DNA of 61,649 bases, the filler included, from Hausera hauseri (taxonomy: Eukaryota), in assembly GCA_046269625.1 (NCBI GenBank). It is 12 parts of 12 records of this genome, joined end to end, with 100 filler letters (N's around TTAATTAATTAA, not from the genome) between each part and the next. Parts side by side here need not be neighbours in the genome. Positions count along the whole stretch, not along the records: positions 52,396 to 57,361 come from JBJURY010375368.1; positions 57,462 to 61,649 come from JBJURY010712326.1; 10 more parts are not named here. The stretch is one strand, 5' to 3'. Under the pieces are notes generated by a model. That model ran no database searches. It saw only the letters and a program-made list of their open reading frames with translations, and was not told the origin of the DNA. The translations under genes were made by a program, and so were the position numbers. Below, in pieces: positions 52,396 through 61,649 of the stretch (position 1 is its first letter; each line of letters opens with the position of its first letter).

Positions 52396-55050
52396 CCGAC
52401 GTAGGCGAAAAGCTCGAGGAGAAAATCGCCAACTACACGGAAAAGGGTAGTGGATGGCGAATTATACGAATTTTCACCCTCGGCTTTATCATAACAAAGT
52501 CCAGTGACATAATATATTTGTCTGGACAATCATTCATACCGACACCTGCAACTCTGAAGCAGTCTCTGACGGTAGTGAATGTAAAAATACCAACGATGAA
52601 TACTGTTTCATTTGCAGTATTCTGGCGGTATTGAAATATGACACAAGTGGACAGACAGTGCATCTCGTACAAAACAGTATCAGAAATATTTTTCCGAATT
52701 GGATTTCAATGAAAGCTGGATGCCGATGAAACTGAAATCCATTCCAACTTTTGAACGGCGTAATCCGACACTGGCAATCAACGTGTCCGGTACAACACAA
52801 TCGTAGAAATACCGGCGGATGAAGAAATTTACAAAAATCTTCATGTGGATATAATCTATTGTAGTCGGAACCCAAATGGCCGCTCAGTAAATTTTGCTAC
52901 TGGAACAAAAATAAAAGTACCATTATGTTGCAGTGACAAATCTGGACAGACTACTGAACATGGAGTATGACCATTTCCGGCAAAAACGGATACAGTGTAA
53001 ATGGTGTCCTGTATGTCTTCATAGATTCAGGTCGGAAACAACATGGGAGAAACATGTGACTCTGTACAGACAAAATTCGTCAGGAACCAAAATGTATGTC
53101 ATGCCTTTCAAACAGAAACTCAGGTTCACTGATTGGTCAAAAACAGACAGCCTGGCATACGTAGTATATGCCGATTTCGAAGCGATCTTACCACGGCACA
53201 ACATATATGACCAAAAACATGTTCCAATCGCCGTTGGTATGTTGGTTGTCCCAATAAAAGCCGCAGGTCAACCTCAATATTATGTTTTCCACGGATAGAA
53301 TTGCGTACGCGATTTCTTGCAGCAGTTGCAAACCATAGTGGAAACTAAAATAGCACCCTGGTACAGTAGAAATAGCAATAAACCATTGATGTGGACAGAT
53401 GAATATAAACGCCTGACGTTTGCAGTCACAGATGAATGTTACCTGTGCCACAAAATATTACCATTTGACGCACTGGAACAGCTTGGACCGGATCACGATC
53501 ATTTTACTGGTCAATATCTCGCAGTAGCATTTAATTCATGCAATTTGGCATGGCGTGTGCGGCCATTCTTACCGGTGGTATTACATAACTTCAGGGGTTA
53601 TGATTGTCACCATATTTTGAAATTGGCCATTAACGGATTTCCGCGCTGGGAACTATCCATAATTCAAACTACGCTGGAGAAATACCTGTCACTGTCTGCT
53701 CGAATAAACCGGTTCCAGGTACGCATCCTTGATTCATTGCAATTTCTCAATGAATCATTAGCAAAACTAGTAAATGACTTGCCAGATGTGCCGATAGCAC
53801 TGACGCAGTTTCCCTTTCATAATGCACGCAGCAAAGGCATATTTCCATGACTTTGCAACATCATATGAGCGACTCCGGACAGCAGAGGAATTACCGCAGC
53901 GATGGACAGGTATTACAGAGGACGTGTACTTATTAGCCGATGTGTTCGAAGCGTTTCAAGCAAAAACGTTGGCTGAAGATAGGCTGGAGCCACTCAACGT
54001 TTAGGCCATACCGGGAATGAGTTTGACGTCAGTTCTAATGTCACTAGATCGAGATATTAAGCTGTTGCGAGACCTGGAAATGTACCGGCTGTTTGATGTT
54101 GGTATTCGCGGCAACATGACATTTGTCAACAAGCATCAGATCAGTGCTACCGATACCACATCACTGCTGTATATTGATATTAATAACCTGTACGGCTGGG
54201 CGCTTTCGCAACCCTTGCCGTACGGTTCATTCTAATGGGTTGTCGACAGACAAGATCTGGACGACATAATGATCAACCTACCACAAGCAGACATGGCAGG
54301 CTCAGTCGAATACATGGTGGAGGTCGATCTCGTGGCACCAGATGAGCTATATGATGTTTTCGACGATTTACAGGTCGCACCATTCAGCCAGTGTCCACCA
54401 GACTCAAAAGTCAAGAAACTGCTCATGACGCATGAAACAAAGCTGAATTACGTGGTCCATTGGCGTCTGATACAGTTCTACATGCAGCTCGGTGTACGCG
54501 TTACACAGCTGCATCGTGCAATCCGATTAGCTCAGATTCCCATATTCAAGGCGTATATAGATGAAAATTCGGAGAAACGAGCCACAGTTTACAAAACGTT
54601 TGAAAAGGACTATTACAAGATGAAAAACAATTCGCTACACGGAAAAACAGTGGGGAATCTGAAAAAGCGGCTCAATGTATGCCTATGCGACCGCGAAAAG
54701 CTGCTGGGTACGTATGCAAGCAAGGCACAATTTCGGCGGTCAATGCATATTGCCGATGGATTGGTTGCAGTGCTGTTAAACAGAGAAGAAATTGTTCTGG
54801 ATCGACCAAGTTACATAGGACAAGTATTGGACCTGAACAAGTTGCGGATGTATGAGCTACAGCATCGCGACTTGGTACGTTACCGGCAAATGTTTGAAGG
54901 CTGTGACATTAGTATAATTGCCGGTGACACAGACAGATTTTTCCTGAGGCTGGAAAAAGTCAATCGCGAACAGCTACTGAAGTAAATTCAGTTAGATGGA
55001 TTACTCGACACGTCCAACGACCCACCGGATCATCCGTTGTACAGTAGCGA
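52396..55050 (+). pseudogene. Polinton PolB copy (same family as 26678-29537), 3' truncated
   Basis: EKGSGW, CPVCLHRF, YADFE, DHDHFTG, YIDINNLYGWALSQPLP, KNNSLHGK, AGDTD. Confidence 0.93.
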
Positions 55051-55064
55051 GGTAAAAAAAACAT

Positions 55065-57361
55065 GTTTCTGTAGCCGAGTTCTGTCCAACACCTCTGTGA
55101 TTTCCGGTATTCATCCTCTGCGATACCTGTCCATTGCGGCGGTAATTCCTCTGCTGTTCGGAGTCTCTCATATGATGTTGCAAAGTCATACGGGAATATG
55201 CCTTTGCTACGCGCAATGTGTGGAAAATTGCATCAATGTCATCGGCACATCCGGCAAGGCATTTACGAGCTTTGCTAGAGACTCATTGAGAAATTGCAAT
55301 GAGTCGAGGAAGCGTACCTGAAACCGGTGTATGCATGCTGACTGGGACAGGTATTTCTCCATTGTTGTTGGGATTACCGACAGTTCCCAGTGGGGAAATC
55401 CATTAATGGCCAATTTAAATATATGGTGACAATCATAAACTGGAAAATTATGAAAGATCACCGGTAAGAATGGCCGCACACGCCTTGCCAAATTGCATGA
55501 ATTACATGATGCTCCGAGATATAGACCGGTAAAATGATCGTGATCCGGTATGCACCATTCCAGTACGTCAAACAGTAATATTTTGTGGCACAGGTAACAT
55601 TCATCTGTGACTGCCAACGTCAGGCATTCATCTTCATCTGTCCACATTAAGGGTTTATTGCTATTTCTACTGTACTAGGGTGCGGTTTCAGTTTCCACTA
55701 TGGTTTGCAACTGCTGCAGGAAATCACGTGCACAGTTCCAGTCGTGAAAGGCGTAATACTGCGGCTGACCGACCGCTTTTATTGGGACAACCAACATACC
55801 AACGGCGATTGGAACGTGTTTTGATCATAAACGTTGTGCCGTGGTAGAATTGCCTCAATATTCACATATACCACATATGCCGGACTGTCCGTTTTCGACC
55901 AGTCATTGAATCGGAGCTCCTTTTTAAGTGGCATGACGTACATGGTTGTTCCCGTTGAATTCTGCTTGCACAGCGTCACATGTTTCTCCCATGTTGTTTT
56001 TGACCTGAAACCATGCAGACATACAGGACACCATCTACATTGTATACGATTTTGGACAAACTGATGGTGATCCATGTTCAACAGTCGGTCCAAATTGGTC
56101 ACTGCCATGTAATGGAACTTTTCTTTTTGCTCCAGCAGTAACAAATATATTGGGCGTCCACTTGCATTCCGACTTCGATAAATTATGTCCACATGGGGGT
56201 TCTTATATATCTCTTCGTTTGCCGGTATTTCTATTATTGTATTGTACTGCAACACATTTATTGCCAGTGTTGGATTACGCAGTTCAAAAGCCGGAATAGA
56301 TTTTAGTTTCATCGGCATCCAGCATTCATCGAAATACAATTCGAAAAAAATACTACCTATACTGATTTGGACAATTTGAAGTATGTCTGTCCACTTGGTC
56401 ATATTTTATTACCGCCAGAATACTGTAAAGAAAACAGTATTCGTCAGCAGTATTTTTTACATTCACTACTGCATGTGAATGCTGAAGGGCTGTAGGTGAC
56501 GGTATGAACGATTGCCCGGACAGGTAAATTCTGTCACTCGACTTTGTTGCGATAAAGCCGAGAGTGACAATTTTTATAATTTGCCATCCACTACCCTTTT
56601 CTGTGTAGTTGGCGATTTTCTCCTCGAACTTTTTGCTTATCAGAATACGGTACGGCTCGATGTGACAGGTACCATTGTTTCCTGTAACCTTTGACATTTT
56701 CAAATTCTACAAGTGCATAATATTGCACTTTGCAGTGGTGGTGGTGTTGGAATTTGACCACCTCTGTTTCCAACCGGTTATGCATATGAGCGGGTACATC
56801 CTTCAATTGCGTTGCTGTTTTTGCCGACATGCCCACATTCATGTCCACGTATGATCTGTTCAAATCGTACTTGACTGTAATGTGGGGAATACTGACCTCA
56901 TGTTCTTGTTGATGCTGTTTCTGCTGCTGCTGCTGCTGCTGCGGCTGCTCCTGCTCCTACTCCTACTGCTGCTGGGTACTGTTTCTGATTAAGTCGTCAA
57001 CACTTGTTGAGGCCTGACTTTTCCTACTGGTTGTTGTTTTTGTTGTTGTTGTTATTGACAGGATGCTGCTTCTGCTGTTCTCCATAAATATTTGTTTCTT
57101 CGACCGCTTAAACTGGTTTAAATGGTCCTTGTGCAAATTATAGAATTGTTCATAGTTGATTTGATCATCAACTATAGAAGAACAACCGGGACAAACATAG
57201 GCCCGTTTACTGTGCAGCGTTGTGGTGATGCCATAGCACTGCTCCATTGCAGTATGGCAACCATCAACGTTATTCACTTTACTATTACAGTATTGCGGGT
57301 ATGTGGGGCAATGTGCAAGCATCATCTTCTTGGGCCGCGTAAACGGTTCGAGATAATGCTT
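55065..57361 (-). pseudogene. Polinton PolB N-terminal half, inverted, with Cys/His domain and poly-Q linker
   Basis: 57325-56963 and 56863-56591 are in frame across two TAGs in a CAG tract; then EKGSGWQI, GQSFIPSP, CPVCLHGF, DHDHFTGLYLGASCNSCNL. Confidence 0.92.
56921..56975 (-). repeat. CAG-rich microsatellite encoding poly-Q
   Basis: (CTG)n-rich tract on the + strand. Confidence 0.85.
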
Positions 57362-57461
57362 NNNNNNNNNNNNNNNNNNNNNNNNNNNNNNNNNNNNNNN
57401 NNNNNTTAATTAATTAANNNNNNNNNNNNNNNNNNNNNNNNNNNNNNNNNNNNNNNNNNNN
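57362..57461. other. Artificial contig spacer
   Basis: 44 N + TTAATTAATTAA + 44 N. Confidence 0.98.
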
Positions 57462-57645
57462 TGTTGATAATGTTGTGTATGAGAATTTGTATAAAATAAG
57501 GGTTGTATGGGATATATGAGTTGAAAACTAAGTGTCTGTATAAGTGTCTGATGGAAGGAAATTGTTATGGTTGGATGTGAATGTTGCACGATCTCTAGCG
57601 GGGTTCGGATCACCGGAGGACGGTAATGAGCATAATCCATTGACA
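57462..57645 (+). repeat. BEL/Pao-type LTR 3' portion ending TGACA
   Basis: 57462-57508 is identical to the reverse complement of 25636-25682 (BEL LTR); weaker similarity continues; same TGACA end. Confidence 0.75.
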
Positions 57646-57746
57646 ACTGGAGGCCGTTAGATGGTCTTTACAAAACTATTGTTTTATAATTGCATGAAAT
57701 CATTCCACGAAACCTAAAGTAGTAATATACAAGATATCAAAGTAAT

Positions 57747-60700
57747 ATGGAAAGTATTAAAAATTTGCTATCATCAGCTGGTCGGTCTACCTCAGAAAAC
57801 AAAAAATATTCATCAGAAGCATCTCGATTGTTAAGTGGCATGGTATCGAATCTTAACATTAACGAAAATTTTGAGATGGCCACAGAAATGTGCGTCATAC
57901 TGGCAGAGCATTGCGTAAAGAACAATCTGACTGACATCGCCGATAAATCTCTACGACTCTACTTCTCATCGGAGCCTCATGAAAACGAATATCTCGCTCG
58001 TGCCTTTCTTGTACAGGCACAGCTTATCAGGCCGCTTCGATTTGACGATGAGAATTGTTTGGAGAAACCAATCGGGTTTGTGTTGAAGTCGATAAATTTC
58101 TGCAAAAAGGATAAACGATTTTATTACCTGGTTTACAATTCATCATTGATTTACTACGAAGTTATTAGAAATTTTTTGCGACCGAATTTCTACCGGTATT
58201 TGTGTAAATCTTTGTGTCAAGTCTGCAAAGTATTGGAAGATGTGAATGACTCAAATTACTCATGGAGAGCTCAACTTTCATTGTACCTTTTACAAAGTTA
58301 TATTGATGCTGATCATAAAAAGGAAATCGTTCAGTCATCTGATCCGACAGCCTTATTTGTTGGAAAATATGCTCCACATCTTCTTAAAGAACTACTGATT
58401 ATTTTCATAAATAACAATATTGGAACGGCCGAAGAATACCAGTGGTATGCAAAGAATAATCCGGAAATGCAAGTTTTTGTTAGACTTTGTCGATTTCAAA
58501 ACATGAAAGACAAGGAAAAAGACGACGGATCATTATTACTAGAGGCTAGGAAAATATTCATGATTTTAACCGGGACCGATGAAACGGAACCGACACCGGA
58601 TGCCAAGTCAGATTCTAAACCAACTACTATCACTATAAACATAAGAAAGATGTCTATGGAACAAAGGTGCGCATGTTTGTTGGAATTGGCAAAAATCACT
58701 CTTCAGAAAACAATCTACAACGTTTGTAGACAATGTGTTGGTAAAATTCAGCACATGGTCACTGAAGAAATGCTTTCAATAGCGCAAGAAACCGAACTGA
58801 TTAATTATGAATTGATGGGTTTTGAAGCTGATGGGAATAACGATAAAATTTCTCCGGCTTCGCTAAAAATCCGAATGGCAGTCCTGGAAAAATCTCGCTT
58901 ACTTGTCGAAAATATTATTCGATCTGGAAACTCCAGATTAATAGAGCTCGGATGTTCAACTCTGTGGAACCTTTGTCTGCCATTATTGCAAGCTAACTTG
59001 CAAAAGAAAATTGCGGGCCATTTTATTTTGATTGCTGATTCTTGGGAAAATGCTACAACTCGATTAAAGACATACCTACTGCGTATTGGAAATATTGATG
59101 GTAAAAAGAGAATGAATGTATGGTCGGATTTGGTGAAATTGTCTCGAAAACTCCAGTTATGGGATATTTGTCGGGTGGCCGGTTGTTTCATCGTTTTATG
59201 TGATGACGGACGATGGAAGAATCAGTTCCAGACAAAGATCGAAAGTGTATCGGTAAAGGGATCACGAAATCCAAGTACCTTACCGGTCGAACCACCGATG
59301 GGAGAGAATGAGCTATCTGAACCATCAGATGATGCGAAATCCAAGAAAAGAGAAGACAGTGACATTGCTGGCGGGGTCATCGTAAAACGTAGTAGATATG
59401 AGAAGCAATTAATGGAGGTCCTCGTTGACGTTTATTTCATTAGAACAGAGGCTTTTGTACAGTCATTACGAAATGAAGGTGCCCAGCTCTTTACGTTTCC
59501 AGAACGACCCAAAGATCTCAAAAACATCCAAAGGGTTACGTAAAAGATACAACGAAAGAAGACGCTGATTGGAAAAATTATTGTGAAGCTTTGAAAAGAA
59601 TTTCCGAAATGATCGTTAGCTGCTTTACTCGAGCTGCAGCAATATCGATTGATCTTCAAGAACCGTGGATCACAAGGAATGCAGCAACATACCTATGGAA
59701 CTATAGCATTCATATTATTGCACTTTCCGAGCACGAGATTCTCGTATCGAGTTTTCAGATTATTTATGACATAATTCGTCAAGTCATGAATGAGAACATG
59801 GTGGAACTTTTGGTTTATTATGGCATTATCTTGGCTCATGGAATGGTCCAACGATATATGCCGAATGTAAATTTTACCATTGCCGGAATCTTCAACGTCC
59901 CAATATCTGCGAATACTGGCGATAAGAAAGGCAAGAAAGGACGAGATTCGCCGAAAACTAAAACATTTTCACCTGCTGCACAGGTTGATCAGACGGCTAA
60001 TTTTCGGAAAGCCATGGAAATTTGTCAATATCTTATGGACTTGACAACAGATGTCAATGCACCGAATTTAGACAATGCTAATTCGGCGAATAATAGCAAT
60101 AAAACGATTCCGTTCGCTAAACTGATTGATATTCGAATAAAAGCTCGACTTATTGAAATATGGGTGCAATGTAAGCAACTGTTACAACAAGGTATAGGTA
60201 GATCATTGGGCGTTGATGATCCGGAACGTAAAAGCCGTCAGACAGGATATATTCGGGCAATAACTGCAATAAATATGTTGTGGATTAGTCAAAATGAGTT
60301 ATACAAATTTTCGGATACTCCAAGTATCGATGAATGCATTCAACTTGTGGAGAGTTGCCAATGGTCTGATAAATCCGTTCCCATGCAACCTTTTCTTAAA
60401 CTGTGTCATTACATAATGAACAACGGTTCATCGAATACATTGGCCACTATCAGTAAGATTTCGGAAAAGTCGACTAAATACTGTCACATCAGCAAACAGG
60501 AGTCAACATTCAGTTTGTCAAAATCTACGAAAACGGTTTCTAATGAAGAAAGTAACCTTGCACTGACTTATATTAAATTTTGCCATGGTATCTGTTTCCA
60601 TAAGTTATCCCAGATTACTTATCTGTCCATATGGAAACTTTACAGTTATCGGCAAAGGCTTGCTGCTATGCTCGAGATGCTAAATCATATAATCTGGTAT

Positions 60701-61557
60701 CGGTGATTGCGCATTACTTCTGGAAAATTGCTGAACGAATATTGACCCGATATACTAGTTCCGTCTACATCGCTGATGAGATCAACACTATTGTTAAATG
60801 TTTATCGGCTACCGTTGATAAAAGACGATTGAAGTTGTTTCGAATCTCATACCGAAGAAGAAGGTCCAAAAATTGCTGCAGAATTAGAAGAAAAGCTACC
60901 ATTCAACGTTCAATGTACAGACAATTCTAAACTGGTTACGATAGATTCGGTAAAATCTCTTTTTCAAAGTTCCTATTCTCCAAATCGTTCGAAATTATCT
61001 ATGGAACAAGATCTCACGTTGCGAATCCAAATGCATATTGCCGTGTTTCAGAGTTATTTTGAAAAGGAAAATTTCACTGAAGCTTTGAAATATCTTGATG
61101 ATGCAATCAACGAATTGCCAAGAACCAATCACAGAATGTCACTTTTTCGACAACGTGTCATCACTAAAGTCCGACTCGGGCAAAATATAGAACTTGACAT
61201 ACAGAAATTCCGGAATCAAAAACAAGATGAACTCTCGTTGTTGTGGCGTGAAGTAGCTGTATAAAGTTCTTCACCAATGTTACAATTGAATGCATATAAA
61301 AATGCTATTCAAGTTTGAATCTCAAAGAAAACAATTGGCTAAAAGCTGACATATTAATTGAAATGACCCAGTGGATGTTTCACAATGACTTTCCACTCGA
61401 TTGCTGCAACCAATGTGTTGAATGGGCAATCGATATTGTACTGAACACTGAAATCCAAGTAGAACCTGAAAAAGAAGTTGTAAAGAAAAATCCGAGAAGC
61501 AGTAGCAAAAAAAAACAGATTCCAGTGCAAGATCTAGCAATAAAGAAGTACATCTAG
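57747..61557 (+). pseudogene. CFAP46: Cilia- and flagella-associated protein 46 (TTC40), intronless, frameshifted, 3' truncated
   Basis: Resembles CFAP46 throughout: YLARAFL, RFYYLVYNSS, WRAQLSL, CSTLWNLCLPLLQANL, WSDLVKLSRKLQLWDICR, HPKGY, WVQCKQL, DLTLR, LPRTNHR. Frameshifts at about 59520, 60612, 60840 and 61315; in-frame TAA at 61262. Confidence 0.85.
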
Positions 61558-61649
61558 TTATTGACAAAAAGAAAAAATTACCCACCGCCTCTCTGGGTTC
61601 TTCCCCCCGGGCTGGAGACCGGGCGTCGGCCCATTAACGGTATAACATA

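Noticed and set aside
4998-57461. Regularly spaced TTAATTAATTAA palindrome as a biological repeat or array
   Set aside because: Always centred in exactly 44+44 N; it is an artificial six-frame-stop joiner. ORFs ending in XXX-LIN or XXX-N are artefacts.
57747-61557. Stop-codon reassignment or Euplotes-style programmed frameshifting
   Set aside because: Hundreds of codons lack in-frame TAA/TAG, shifts go in both directions, and no common slippery-stop motif is seen.
1-61649. CRISPR arrays, rRNA or tRNA genes, and antisense ORFs over TE genes
   Set aside because: No repeat-spacer array or RNA gene was recognised; antisense ORFs are shadows of the coding strands.

Overview
This window is not one locus. 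It is 12 AT-rich eukaryotic contigs (about 4-7 kb each) joined by identical 100-bp artificial spacers (44 N + TTAATTAATTAA + 44 N), so no adjacency across a spacer is meaningful. BEL/Pao and mariner elements plus the motile-cilium gene CFAP46 point to an invertebrate animal (inference). Content: decayed Ty3/Gypsy and BEL/Pao LTR retrotransposons, nested mariners, an RTE-like LINE remnant, and many Polinton/Maverick (adintovirus-like) pieces. The Polinton pieces are six protein-primed PolB segments, two AGTAG-type termini and an ordered penton-core-hexon-adenain capsid module. There are also four long intronless host-type ORFs (CFAP46, a RING protein, two unknowns), three of them broken mostly at homopolymers. 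Best leads: (1) a chuvirus-like glycoprotein directly upstream of a Gypsy PR-RT-RH-IN with no room for LTR/gag; (2) an unrecognised Cys/His domain fused via a Q-rich linker to the N-terminus of two divergent Polinton PolBs; (3) two Polintons inserted with inward-facing termini into a third; (4) a Gypsy with two extra retropepsin domains after integrase; (5) an intronless, apparently internally deleted CFAP46 just behind a BEL-type LTR and PBS-like motif. All family calls come from motif recognition by eye; no database searches were run.
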